In this document: positions 27,052 to 36,593 of the stretch, piece by piece
Layout of the letters: each line of letters opens with the position of its first letter
Numbering within the stretch: position 1 is the stretch's first letter
Source: an uncultured Gammaproteobacteria bacterium
GTDB lineage: Bacteria; Patescibacteriota; Microgenomatia; UBA8517
Direction: 5' to 3'
NCBI GenBank assembly: GCA_964600575.1
Contig: CAZRJH010000003.1
Location: 81,640-145,639, forward strand
Length of the DNA: 64,000 bases
The notes under the pieces: model-generated
Told to the model about the DNA's origin: nothing
Databases searched by the model: none
Seen by the model: only the letters and a program-made list of their open reading frames with translations
Position numbers and translations under genes: made by a program

Positions 27052-28162
27052 ACTCCAAAAAAGCTCTAAATACCATTTTTATGAGTAGTAAACCGTGGTA
27101 AAACCTGTTTATGTTCGTTGAACCGTAAATGCGCTCTTTGTATCTAACTGGAACCTCCACAATTTTCAGTCTTCGCTTTACTGCAGTAAATATTAAAGCA
27201 AAATCGCCAAATGGGTCAGTTTCAAGATACTTTAAGTAGTCTTTCTTATATTTTATAAAATCTTTTCTGAATAATGCCTTAGTGCCGCATAAAGTATCCT
27301 TAAATCTGGTTTCAAAAATTCGACTGAATATTTTCCCAAAAAACATATTTGCGATTTTATTCAAAGTCCGCATGGCATCGACCTCCATGGGATATACAAG
27401 TCTGCACCCGTTTGCAAATTCGGCCTTTCCAGAAGCCAATAAGTTATAAAATTTCACTAAATCTTTTGAGCTAACAGTCATGTCAGCATCGTAGATTATT
27501 AATATATCTCCCGTTGCTTTTTCAAAACCCAGCCTAACGGCGTCAGACTTGCCGACACCCTTTTGTATATAGGCTTTTACATTTCGATATTTTTTTACAA
27601 TTTTTTGGATTTCTTTCCAGGTTCCGTCACTTGAGTGGCCCTCTACAAATATTATCTCTTGTTTTCTTCCGAACTTGGGAATACTTTTGATAATCTTGGG
27701 GATATTTCCAGCCTCGTTTTTTGCAGGAATAATAATTGTGGAGGTTAGCTTTTTAATTGTCGGTTGGTTTATAGGTTCAGCGGTTGTAAGATAAGTTGTT
27801 CCAAAAAACACTCTTTTTGTATTTGTAACCTTGTATCCTGATAAAAAAAGCATATTTTCCACGTCATCGGGGTCTGCCCAGTTTCTTAAATTTTTATTTT
27901 TCCTGATTCTGGCAAAATCGGCCAATTTAAAAAAAATTTCCAATAAATGGTTTGGATATATAACAAGTATTTTGGACTTGTTTCCGTTTCTGGAAGATCT
28001 CACTTTGGTGAAAAAACTTTGTATATCATGAGCGTTGGAAACGGTATCGACAAAAACTTTACCTTCAAATTTGCGAGACTCCAAATCGATGCCTTTGTGA
28101 TATGCTTGCCTTGGTTTGTTGGTTATAATGCGATAGAATTCGAGCAACTTGTTTTTTTGCAT
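27038..28162 (-). CDS. GT2-family glycosyltransferase (Dpm1/GtrB-like core) with a ~135-aa N-terminal extension
   Basis: 'IIIPAKNEAGNI', 'IIFVEGHSSDGT', 'GKSDAVRLG' and 'IIYDADMTV' are GT2/Dpm1-like motifs. The N-terminal 130 aa have no motif I recognise. Confidence 0.6.
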   Translation of the reverse strand: MQKNKLLEFYRIITNKPRQAYHKGIDLESRKFEGKVFVDTVSNAHDIQSFFTKVRSSRNGNKSKILVIYPNHLLEIFFKLADFARIRKNKNLRNWADPDDVENMLFLSGYKVTNTKRVFFGTTYLTTAEPINQPTIKKLTSTIIIPAKNEAGNIPKIIKSIPKFGRKQEIIFVEGHSSDGTWKEIQKIVKKYRNVKAYIQKGVGKSDAVRLGFEKATGDILIIYDADMTVSSKDLVKFYNLLASGKAEFANGCRLVYPMEVDAMRTLNKIANMFFGKIFSRIFETRFKDTLCGTKALFRKDFIKYKKDYLKYLETDPFGDFALIFTAVKRRLKIVEVPVRYKERIYGSTNINRFYHGLLLIKMVFRAFLEFKVW

Positions 28163-28210
28163 TGGTTAACACGATATTATAATCGAAGAGGTTAAAATCA
28201 CAATTAATTT

Positions 28211-29221
28211 ATGAAAAAAATTTCTAAAGCTGTTTATTTGCTTTTCCCTTTTTTCTCGGTATTGTCCTTGGCTGCGCTTTTTATAGAAAGCGTAACTTAT
28301 TCTGGTTTTTTTGCTAAATATGTTTTGTTGGATGCAAAGCTGATAATGATTTTTGACATAGCTTTGGGTCTCTTCTTGGTTATGGGTAAAAATGGTTTCG
28401 ATGTTCAAAAATCCAGTGTATACAACGGTTTACACAGCCTTGTTTTTCATCTTAGTTACTTGTTCTCACCAGTTCTAGTCCTTTTTTATTACTTGATGGT
28501 CTCTGTTGAGACTACAAACTATCCAAATTTTGTTTTCTCAAGCTACCATATTATCCCTGACAATTTTATGTATTTGGTTTTTTTGGATGTATACCTGGTG
28601 GTACTTGGTGTTTTGGTCGAAAAACCTCATTTGAAGGCACTTTTACCTAAGTTTTATAACTCAATTAATGACGACCGCGAGGACAAACTGATAAACTCTT
28701 CAAGAGTATTGCTTGGTCTCCAATCTTTGATTGTAATATTTGTTTTAAGTAATTTTGCCAAAACATCGCGTGAAATTCTAAAAAGTAATATTTTTATTTT
28801 TCATAATTTGAATTATTCATATGACCAAAAAATGACTTCAAGTTGGAACGATTTTTACAGGTTCATGTTTTTAGTTAAAAAAGTAACCCCCGAAAACTCA
28901 GTAATAGCGATACCGCCTTCCGTGAGACCTTGGTTATCTGAGGGAAATAGCGTTTTGGTCCGGTATTTTCTCTATCCTAGAAAGTTGATCTCGCCGGATG
29001 AACCAAAAACACAAAATCTAACCCCTCAATATTATTTATTGGCAAAAGGGTTGTGGAAGGCAAGCAACCCCGAAGATTACGGCTGGCCAAAAATTAGAAT
29101 TGATTCAGAAGAGATTTTCTATTTTGATTTAGCATCGGGTAAAGTAGTCGCTAAGAAATCGGGTTATAATCCGGAAGACCTAGCTAATAAGGATGCTTGG
29201 GGTGTAATAAAAACTAAATAA
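28211..29221 (+). CDS. Integral membrane protein of unknown function
   Basis: The 336-aa protein has an N-terminal signal/TM segment and about 6 hydrophobic segments in its N-terminal half, with a soluble C-terminal domain. It has no recognisable catalytic motif. Confidence 0.35.
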   Translation: MKKISKAVYLLFPFFSVLSLAALFIESVTYSGFFAKYVLLDAKLIMIFDIALGLFLVMGKNGFDVQKSSVYNGLHSLVFHLSYLFSPVLVLFYYLMVSVETTNYPNFVFSSYHIIPDNFMYLVFLDVYLVVLGVLVEKPHLKALLPKFYNSINDDREDKLINSSRVLLGLQSLIVIFVLSNFAKTSREILKSNIFIFHNLNYSYDQKMTSSWNDFYRFMFLVKKVTPENSVIAIPPSVRPWLSEGNSVLVRYFLYPRKLISPDEPKTQNLTPQYYLLAKGLWKASNPEDYGWPKIRIDSEEIFYFDLASGKVVAKKSGYNPEDLANKDAWGVIKTK

Positions 29222-29224
29222 CCA

Positions 29225-30568
29225 ATGTTTACCTCATTTATAACTATATTCATTTTTGCACTGATAACTTTGTTTGGTTATTTTGTTGTCAACATAATCC
29301 AGGGGCGTAATTTACAGTTTTTAGAAAAGTTAGCATTGGGTTTTCTTGTTGGTATCGGTTTTCATACGCTTGTACTATTTATCTTAAACATATTTGGATA
29401 CAAGTTTTCTCCTGGCAACGCCTTTTTTGTTTTGACCATGGAAGTGGTGTTTGCAATATTTTTGAATTTATTAAGTTCGAAGTTTAGAGTTAACGGAAAT
29501 AAAAAGAATACTAAATTAGACGACAAACTCGATTTGTTAGAAAAGCTTGGTTTCTCTTTGCTTGCGATCCTTTTTATGTCTTCGTTAGCTCACAACCTTT
29601 ATTGGCCCATCGCCGACTGGGACGCACTTACGTTGTATGATTTTCGGGCGAGGGTGTTTGCAGAAACAGGATTCATGGATCAAGTATTATCGATTCATAG
29701 GTATTATTTGGGGTATCCGTTGTTTACCTCGATAACTCACACCGTTGTATATTTATATGGTTCCACAAACGCTCATTTTGTTTATTCACTTTTCTACGGC
29801 TCTTTCATCCTTCTATTTTTTAAAAGGCTTTCTGTTGTTGTTCAAAGAAAAAAAGCACTATTCTTTGCATTGGCTTTGGCGCTGACGGGTGAAATATATT
29901 CTCATTCCACATTGGCATACACAAATTTGCCATACACCATTTATTATTCGTTAGGTTTAATTTATCTTTTTTCTTGGCTTAGAACTAAATCGATTGGCGA
30001 TCTAATAACTTCGGCCTTGTTAGTGGGGCTTAGCAGTTGGGTAAGAAGCTCGGAGCCATTTTGGGTCGCTCCCGTTATAGTGGTGGCATTGGTAACTTTC
30101 GTTGAACGTAGTTGGGGTAAGGGTTTATTTTATGCATTGGCTGTGTTGGGTTTCAAAGCTCCGTGGAACGCTTTTCTGAGAAGCTTTTATCCCGACACGA
30201 CATCTTCTTGGGTTGTGCAGCAAAAGGTTGATTTATATTTATTATTTTACAGGTTTATTGAGGTCGCCACTTATGTTGCTAAAAATGTTATCAAAAAAGA
30301 AATGCTGCTGTATGCCATGTTTGCTCTAAGTTTGTTTTTGATAAAGAAGAAAGAAAAATCTACAAAAATATTTGCCAGTATTATTATTTTAAACATGTTA
30401 ATAGTTTTTGGTGGAATATATGTATATAGCTTCGTCTATGCTAAATGGGTTTTGGTAGGGGACTCTGTTTCTAGAATGTCGATGATTTTTATACCTTTAG
30501 TTATTTTCTTTCTTGCACTTTTTTTCAACGATGAAAACCCTGCTAAGGCCAGGTCTAAAAAGAAATGA
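29225..30568 (+). CDS. Polytopic membrane protein, possible GT-C-fold glycosyltransferase
   Basis: The 447-aa protein has more than 10 TM helices. The periplasmic-loop segment 'WPIADWDALTLYDFRARVFAE' carries acidic and aromatic residues. The family is uncertain. Confidence 0.35.
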   Translation: MFTSFITIFIFALITLFGYFVVNIIQGRNLQFLEKLALGFLVGIGFHTLVLFILNIFGYKFSPGNAFFVLTMEVVFAIFLNLLSSKFRVNGNKKNTKLDDKLDLLEKLGFSLLAILFMSSLAHNLYWPIADWDALTLYDFRARVFAETGFMDQVLSIHRYYLGYPLFTSITHTVVYLYGSTNAHFVYSLFYGSFILLFFKRLSVVVQRKKALFFALALALTGEIYSHSTLAYTNLPYTIYYSLGLIYLFSWLRTKSIGDLITSALLVGLSSWVRSSEPFWVAPVIVVALVTFVERSWGKGLFYALAVLGFKAPWNAFLRSFYPDTTSSWVVQQKVDLYLLFYRFIEVATYVAKNVIKKEMLLYAMFALSLFLIKKKEKSTKIFASIIILNMLIVFGGIYVYSFVYAKWVLVGDSVSRMSMIFIPLVIFFLALFFNDENPAKARSKKK

Positions 30569-31647
30569 CAAACATACTTTTTGTGGGTTTTGGATTATCG
30601 AAATCAAGGCACGAAGCCGTTTCTAAAAACACGATTTCTTTAATAAAAATTTTAGGCACCAGCTCTAAAGCAAGTATTTACAACATCGGTTATTCTAGAG
30701 GAAAGAAGTCGGGTATCTTAACAATGTTCGCGGCCGTTTTAAACTATAAAAAAATTAGGTCTGACATTGTCAAAATCTCAAAGAGGAGGAAGATTACGCA
30801 CTTATACGATACATTTGTGATGCCGGGGGCTTCGCTCATATTTACACTTCCGCTTAAGCATGAACTACCAAATATCTCTTTTATAAAAGAGATTCATAAT
30901 AACTACGGGTTTTCCAAGAGTCGCGAACCGGAAAGTCTTATAAGGTTTTTTTTAAATACAAGATGGCAGCTAAAGAAAATAATAAGCGGTTTCGATAAGA
31001 TAGTTGCAAGGAATTTATACTTGGCAAAAAAACATCGGGGTATATATCTGCCTCCGTTGATAAATATTTTTCCTCATAAAAGACGAAGTTCGAACAGAAA
31101 AAAGCTTAGATTTTGTTACCTAGGACATTCTATGAAAAAGAAAGGCCTGGACGAACTATTGAGGTTGTTGTCGATTTTGCCGAAGTCTTTAATAAGTGAG
31201 GTCGTTTTTACTTTTGCTTTGAGTCCTATAGGAAAACCCGAATTTTTTAGGAAAAAAATAGAAGAGATATCAATTAAAAAAAATATCAGTTCTGTCTGTG
31301 TAACACATGTTAAACCTGAAGTTTTTTTTAGGCAGCAGGATGTTTTGTGCCTACCGCTAAGAGATGAGTTTGGCTCTGCCGGAGGTTTCAATACGGCACT
31401 TGAAGCAATGGAGGCTGGTTGTTTGGTTTTAACTACCTCGACAAAAATATCAAAATCAATAATTCAAAACAATAAAAACGGGTTCTTAGTTAAAAAAGGG
31501 GATGCCGTTTCAATTCTTAAAGTATTGAAAAAAATCGTAAGGAAACAAATCTCGATTTCACGGATTACAGAAAAGGCCAGGGCTGATATAATTGGAAACC
31601 ATTCAATGGAAGAGGTAAGAAAAGTATTATTAAATATTTATGAGTAA
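30565..31647 (+). CDS. GT4-family glycosyltransferase
   Basis: 'FGSAGGFNTALEAMEAGCLVLTTS' and 'NGFLVKKGD' are the GT4 E-x7-E region. Confidence 0.65.
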   Translation: MTNILFVGFGLSKSRHEAVSKNTISLIKILGTSSKASIYNIGYSRGKKSGILTMFAAVLNYKKIRSDIVKISKRRKITHLYDTFVMPGASLIFTLPLKHELPNISFIKEIHNNYGFSKSREPESLIRFFLNTRWQLKKIISGFDKIVARNLYLAKKHRGIYLPPLINIFPHKRRSSNRKKLRFCYLGHSMKKKGLDELLRLLSILPKSLISEVVFTFALSPIGKPEFFRKKIEEISIKKNISSVCVTHVKPEVFFRQQDVLCLPLRDEFGSAGGFNTALEAMEAGCLVLTTSTKISKSIIQNNKNGFLVKKGDAVSILKVLKKIVRKQISISRITEKARADIIGNHSMEEVRKVLLNIYE

Positions 31648-32380
31648 GGCAGATTTAATAGAAATAAAAAAACACTATTCAGAAGGTGGTGTCGTAAAAG
31701 AATACAATCGAATTAGATTTGGAGGGATCGGCGGCAGATATATAAATGACAATGAGATTTCTCCAAACATAACTTTACTGAAATCTACCTTCAAAAATCC
31801 GAGCAAAATTAAAGTTTTGGATATTGGAGCAGGCAGGGGCCGTCTTTCACATCCGGTAAAAAAGTTGGGGTTTGACGTTTATTGTCTGGATTCCAGCAAG
31901 GAGATGGTTAAGGTGTTAAGAAAGGTAATTTCTAGGAAAAACATATTTATTCAATCTGCCTTCGAGAGGATAAAATCTCAAGATAAATTTAACGTTGTTA
32001 CAGCGATGAGATTTTTTGACCACTTCAAGCTTTCGGATCAAAAAAAGATTTTGCTAAACGTAAAGAAAAATATTTCAAAAAACGGTTATGTATTGTTCTC
32101 TGCACTTAATGCCCAAGGAATGGAAAGCCTGGTGTCCAGCTTGTTTTATTTCGGTAAAGTTAATTTTTATTATCCTCATAGCGATTACGAAAAGATGTTC
32201 AAAGACTGCGGTTTTAAAGTTGTGGCAAGAGAGGATAAGTTCTTTTTTCCCAGAGGAGTATTTTTACGTCTGCAAAATATATCATTTCTTGTTAAACCTG
32301 TAATATTCTTGGATATACTTCTTAGCAAGGTGTTTAAGTCGAGTTGTTCTTATTTTGTTTACCTTCTCCAAATCAAATGA
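31640..32380 (+). CDS. Class I SAM-dependent methyltransferase
   Basis: Motif I 'VLDIGAGRGRLS' and the post-I acidic residue 'CLDSS' are present. Confidence 0.65.
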   Translation: MSKADLIEIKKHYSEGGVVKEYNRIRFGGIGGRYINDNEISPNITLLKSTFKNPSKIKVLDIGAGRGRLSHPVKKLGFDVYCLDSSKEMVKVLRKVISRKNIFIQSAFERIKSQDKFNVVTAMRFFDHFKLSDQKKILLNVKKNISKNGYVLFSALNAQGMESLVSSLFYFGKVNFYYPHSDYEKMFKDCGFKVVAREDKFFFPRGVFLRLQNISFLVKPVIFLDILLSKVFKSSCSYFVYLLQIK

Positions 32381-33441
32381 TCTGTATTTTCCTAGGAACA
32401 AGACCTGAGATCATTAAACTTTCACCTGTTATCAAATTGCTTATTGGTACAAACAAGAAGTTTAAAATTATTCATACCAATCAGCACTTTTCATCAAACA
32501 TGGATAGTGATTTCTTTAGATCTTTGGAAATTCCCAAGCCCGATTTTAATTTAAAAGTAAAAGAACGCACTAATAGTGCGATGGTGTCGGAAATTATTTT
32601 TAAAAGCGTAAAGGTTTTGGAAAAAATTAAACCCGATGTTGTTTTGGTTCAAGGTGATACCAACAGTGTTTTAGGCGGAGCCATATCATCAGTCAAATTG
32701 AGAATTCCTGTAGGACATGTGGAGGCAGGACTTAGGAGCTATGACGACTCCATGCCGGAGGAATTCAACAGAAGATTGACGGATCATGTGTCTTCCTTTT
32801 TATTTTGTCCGACTCGACAGCAGAAAAACATTCTATTAAAAGAGGGGATTTCGAAGCATAAAATCTTTATCACCGGCAACACAATTGTTGATGCAGTTAA
32901 AAATAACTTGGAGTTGGTAAGAGAAAATAGAACAGTGTTATCAAAATATTTACTTCTTACAGTTCATAGACCTTCAAATGTTGACGACAAAGCTACATTT
33001 ATGAAGATTATTCGTGGTATCGAAGTTCTGTCAAAAAAACTTAAAATGAACGTGGTATTTCCGGTTCACCCCAGAACTAAAAAGAAGTTGTCTGATTTTA
33101 AAATAAAATTAAATAAAGATGTTTTTAAAACTCTAGAACCTGTGGGTTATCTTGAGATGTTAAATTATCAAAAAGATGCACAAATTATATTAACGGATTC
33201 GGGTGGCGTGCAGGAGGAAGCCTGCATACTCAACGTACCGTGTGTAACTATAAGGGATAATACGGAAAGGCCCGAGACAGTTGGTGTCGGTGCAAACATG
33301 CTTGCCGGTACCAACACTGACAGTATTGTTAAAAGTTCTCTACAAATGTTCAAAGCTGTACGTGGTTGGAGCAACCCTTATGGAGACGGCACATCGGCAA
33401 AAAAAATACTGAACATTTTAGACCAAAACCACCTTCTATGA
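32377..33441 (+). CDS. wecB: UDP-N-acetylglucosamine 2-epimerase (non-hydrolysing), WecB/MnaA family
   Basis: 'FLGTRPEIIKLSPVI', 'IHTNQHF', 'VLVQGDTNSVLGGAISS', 'PVGHVEAGLRSYD..MPEEFNRRLTDH', 'TVHRPSNVDD', 'PVHPRT' and 'ILTDSGGVQEEACILNVPCVTIRDNTERPETV' are the canonical epimerase_2 motifs. The start at ATG 32377 gives an ATGA overlap with the upstream methyltransferase. Confidence 0.85.
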   Translation: MICIFLGTRPEIIKLSPVIKLLIGTNKKFKIIHTNQHFSSNMDSDFFRSLEIPKPDFNLKVKERTNSAMVSEIIFKSVKVLEKIKPDVVLVQGDTNSVLGGAISSVKLRIPVGHVEAGLRSYDDSMPEEFNRRLTDHVSSFLFCPTRQQKNILLKEGISKHKIFITGNTIVDAVKNNLELVRENRTVLSKYLLLTVHRPSNVDDKATFMKIIRGIEVLSKKLKMNVVFPVHPRTKKKLSDFKIKLNKDVFKTLEPVGYLEMLNYQKDAQIILTDSGGVQEEACILNVPCVTIRDNTERPETVGVGANMLAGTNTDSIVKSSLQMFKAVRGWSNPYGDGTSAKKILNILDQNHLL

Positions 33442-34607
33442 ACATTTTGTTTGTTGTAGATTATTATCAGCCGGAGATCGGATACGGTTCTTATTATATA
33501 CCAAGGGAGCTTGCCAAAAGCGGGCATAAAGTGACAATCCTTACCTCAAACTATTATTACCCATTTCCAAACTACAACGAGACGGCCGGTAAAATACTGG
33601 GACCCAGGAGGTTAAAACCAGGCACAAACCTCTCTAACGGGGTTAGGGTGGTGCGCCAGCATATGTGGTTCGAGATTTTTACTAGGGCCTTTTTTGGCGG
33701 TCATTTACAGGCGCTCCGTCGCTATAAGCCAAGTATTGTAATAGTAGACAAAACTGCGGGGTATAGTCAGGTTCTTATGTGCTTATTTAAACATGCCTAC
33801 AATTACAGACTTATTTCGATCGATGCCCACCTGCCCTCCGGTTTTGTTGCTGAAGGAAATTTGTTAGCAAAAAACCTTTTCTACTGGTTTTTCCGGTTTT
33901 TTTTCTCGGGAATTGTAAACAAAAACGTAGACAAGTTCATTGCAGTTCAGGAGGAAACAAAATCTATCATGAAAAAATATTATGGTATAAAAGGCAAGAT
34001 AGTTGACATTCCCCTAGGTACGGATATTGATGTTTTCCGTTTTAGTAAAAAGCAAAGATTAAAAGTTAGGAAAGACTTTGGGATTGGCGCCGGCGATTTT
34101 GTTGTTATATACACGGGTAAAATAATAGTCGAAAAGGGTGTTCATCTACTTTTTGAAGCAATGGATAAACTTTGCAAGAATAATAAAAACCTTAAACTTT
34201 TGCTTGTCGGTAGCGGAACAAAGGAGTATTTAGATAGTTGTTATTCAAAAATAAGTCCTAAATACAAAAAAAACATCATAGAAGCCGGATTCGTTGTAGC
34301 CAGAGACTTACCAAAATTTTATTCCGCATCGGATTTGGCGGTATGGCCCTTGCAGGAGTCTATGTCAATGAACGATGCCGCGGCTTGCTGTTTGCCATTC
34401 ATAGCAAACAACAAAATTGGTGCCAAATTTAGAATCAAAAACGACAATGCACTTCTTTATAAGAAAGGAAATAGTGACGATCTTGCCGAAAAAATCGGCT
34501 ATCTGTATCGAAATAAAACTTTGGCAAAAGAAATGGGCAACAGGGGAAGACACTTGATGGAGAAAGATCTTAGTTGGAAAAAAATTGCCGCGAGGTATAT
34601 ATCATGA
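33438..34607 (+). CDS. GT4-family glycosyltransferase
   Basis: The start is at ATG 33438 (MNILFVVDYY), giving an ATGA overlap with wecB. It has a GT-B N-terminal domain and a C-terminal 'SMSMNDAAACCLPFIANNKIG' region. Confidence 0.6.
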   Translation: MNILFVVDYYQPEIGYGSYYIPRELAKSGHKVTILTSNYYYPFPNYNETAGKILGPRRLKPGTNLSNGVRVVRQHMWFEIFTRAFFGGHLQALRRYKPSIVIVDKTAGYSQVLMCLFKHAYNYRLISIDAHLPSGFVAEGNLLAKNLFYWFFRFFFSGIVNKNVDKFIAVQEETKSIMKKYYGIKGKIVDIPLGTDIDVFRFSKKQRLKVRKDFGIGAGDFVVIYTGKIIVEKGVHLLFEAMDKLCKNNKNLKLLLVGSGTKEYLDSCYSKISPKYKKNIIEAGFVVARDLPKFYSASDLAVWPLQESMSMNDAAACCLPFIANNKIGAKFRIKNDNALLYKKGNSDDLAEKIGYLYRNKTLAKEMGNRGRHLMEKDLSWKKIAARYIS

Positions 34608-35746
34608 GAATAATAAAAATTGTCTTAAGGGATTTCCTAGGATTAAAGTTTAAGGTTTTTAAAAACATTCGTCATATAAAAAGTGCTGTTTCTTGGGTTA
34701 AGGAAGCCCAGTTGGTTACAGGAACGGGTGGTGTCTCTGCATGGTACAGATTTGATAAAGGTTGGGGCGAACCTTTTATAGAGACCACCGGTTATCTCAT
34801 TACTACAATGCTTGAAACTTTTTCCTTACTTAATATTAAATCCTGCCGACAAATGGCTTATTCGATGGCGGACTTCGTTGTCAAAATGCAATTACCGAGT
34901 GGAGGATTCAGAACATATATCACAAACGACAACCCTACAATATTTAACACAGCCCAAGATTTATCTGGTTTGTGTGATATATACAAATATTCCAAATTAA
35001 AGCGTTATTACTCATCCGCAAAACTAGCAGCCGATTTCTTGATAAAAAACCAAAATAAAGACGGTTCATGGGTTAAATATTCGTACGACGGAAGGTCACA
35101 CTCTTACGATAGCAAGGTCGGCCATGCCCTACTCAAATTTTATCAAATATCAAAGAAAACCAAATACAAGAAGGCTGCAGTCTTGTGTTTACATAAGGTG
35201 CTAAAATACCAAGACAACAACGGTTGGTTCAAAAATGCCGAATTACCCGGATTTGTAAACCCGCCCACTCATACAATAGCTTATGTTATAGAAGGCCTGC
35301 TGGATTCCGGAATATTACTAAAAAACAAAAATTTTATTAAGGCGGCAAGTAGGGCAGCTGACAAATTAATGCAATATTTTGAAAATAACAAATTCATGCC
35401 GGCTACTTTTAATAACATTTGGGAATCTTACGACAAATATTCTTGTCTTACCGGAAACGCTCAGATTTCGGTTGTGTGGTCGAAGCTTTACAAGATAACG
35501 AACAATAAAAAGTACTTGATAAATACAATAGAAATTAATAACTACTTAAAATCTTTACAAGATTGTAGTAGCAAGAGCAAGAATATACTGGGGGGAATTA
35601 AGGGTAGTCACCCTGTATACGGTGATTTGTTTAAAAACAAAGGTTATTGTAGATTTGCGTTTATTAATTGGGGAGCGAAATATTTTATAGATGCGTTGTT
35701 AATGGAGGAGTCAATTACAAAAGCAAAGGAGGTTTTATATGTTTAA
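34604..35746 (+). CDS. Prenyltransferase/squalene-cyclase-like alpha/alpha-toroid repeat protein (unknown function)
   Basis: There are three evenly spaced Q-x2-3-(D/N)-G-(S/G)-(W/F) repeats ('QLPSGGF', 'QNKDGSW', 'QDNNGWF'), the PF00432/SQHop_cyclase-type repeat. The protein is soluble and has no TM segments. The start at ATG 34604 gives an ATGA overlap. Confidence 0.5.
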   Translation: MRIIKIVLRDFLGLKFKVFKNIRHIKSAVSWVKEAQLVTGTGGVSAWYRFDKGWGEPFIETTGYLITTMLETFSLLNIKSCRQMAYSMADFVVKMQLPSGGFRTYITNDNPTIFNTAQDLSGLCDIYKYSKLKRYYSSAKLAADFLIKNQNKDGSWVKYSYDGRSHSYDSKVGHALLKFYQISKKTKYKKAAVLCLHKVLKYQDNNGWFKNAELPGFVNPPTHTIAYVIEGLLDSGILLKNKNFIKAASRAADKLMQYFENNKFMPATFNNIWESYDKYSCLTGNAQISVVWSKLYKITNNKKYLINTIEINNYLKSLQDCSSKSKNILGGIKGSHPVYGDLFKNKGYCRFAFINWGAKYFIDALLMEESITKAKEVLYV

Positions 35747-36593
35747 TCAGATTTCCGCTTTGTGGGATGTCTTAAATCACCCTTTAAATAAGCAAAACAG
35801 ATTAAGGGCATTTTTTAGGATTATTTGGTGGAAATTAAACCAAATCATTCTAAAAATCCCGGCTATTGTTGAAATGGAAAAAGGAGTTGTTTGCGTATGC
35901 TATCCGGATAGCTCTTATAGCGGGTTGGTTGTTTACAAACGTTTGCCGGAATACAACGAAATGAAGTACGTCTACAGTAATCTGAAAGAAGGCGAAATAT
36001 TTATTGATATTGGTGCCAATATTGGTGCGGTAAGTTTACTAGCCGCCTCAAAAGTTGGCTCAAAGGGTATTGTTTATGCATTCGAACCCGACAAAAACGT
36101 ATTGCCGAGATTGTATGAAAATATAAATCTAAACAACTTTCATAATGTTGAAGTAATTAATAGTGCGGTTTCAGATAAAATTTCCAAATTAAAGTTCGTT
36201 AACGAGGGTCTTTCTGAGGTCAGCCATTTGGCTTATACCGATAAACAAAAGAACGGCAAATCTAATTTGATATCATCAACCACCCTAGATAGATTCTTAA
36301 AACAAAGAAAAATTAAAAAGATTAAGATGGTGAAAGTAGATGTTGAGGGTGCGGAAATGAAAGTTCTAAAAGGGGCTAGGAATGCGCTTTTGTCAACTAA
36401 GCTTCTGTTGATAGAAATAAATAAAAATTCAATCAAGTACGGATATACTTTCAGCCAATCGTTAAATTTTATAAAGAATCTAGGTTTCTACACCTATATA
36501 TTTGAGGCGTCCGGAAAACTTACCAAAATTGACGATCCTGTAGCGTTCGATAAATCGATAAACATTCTGGCTATAAATCAAAAATGGAAATGA
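35739..36593 (+). CDS. FkbM-family SAM-dependent methyltransferase
   Basis: 'GEIFIDIGANIGAVSL', 'VYAFEPDKNVLPRLYEN', 'ISKLKF' and 'VKVDVEGAEMKVLKGA' are the FkbM-domain motifs. Confidence 0.75.
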   Translation: MFNQISALWDVLNHPLNKQNRLRAFFRIIWWKLNQIILKIPAIVEMEKGVVCVCYPDSSYSGLVVYKRLPEYNEMKYVYSNLKEGEIFIDIGANIGAVSLLAASKVGSKGIVYAFEPDKNVLPRLYENINLNNFHNVEVINSAVSDKISKLKFVNEGLSEVSHLAYTDKQKNGKSNLISSTTLDRFLKQRKIKKIKMVKVDVEGAEMKVLKGARNALLSTKLLLIEINKNSIKYGYTFSQSLNFIKNLGFYTYIFEASGKLTKIDDPVAFDKSINILAINQKWK

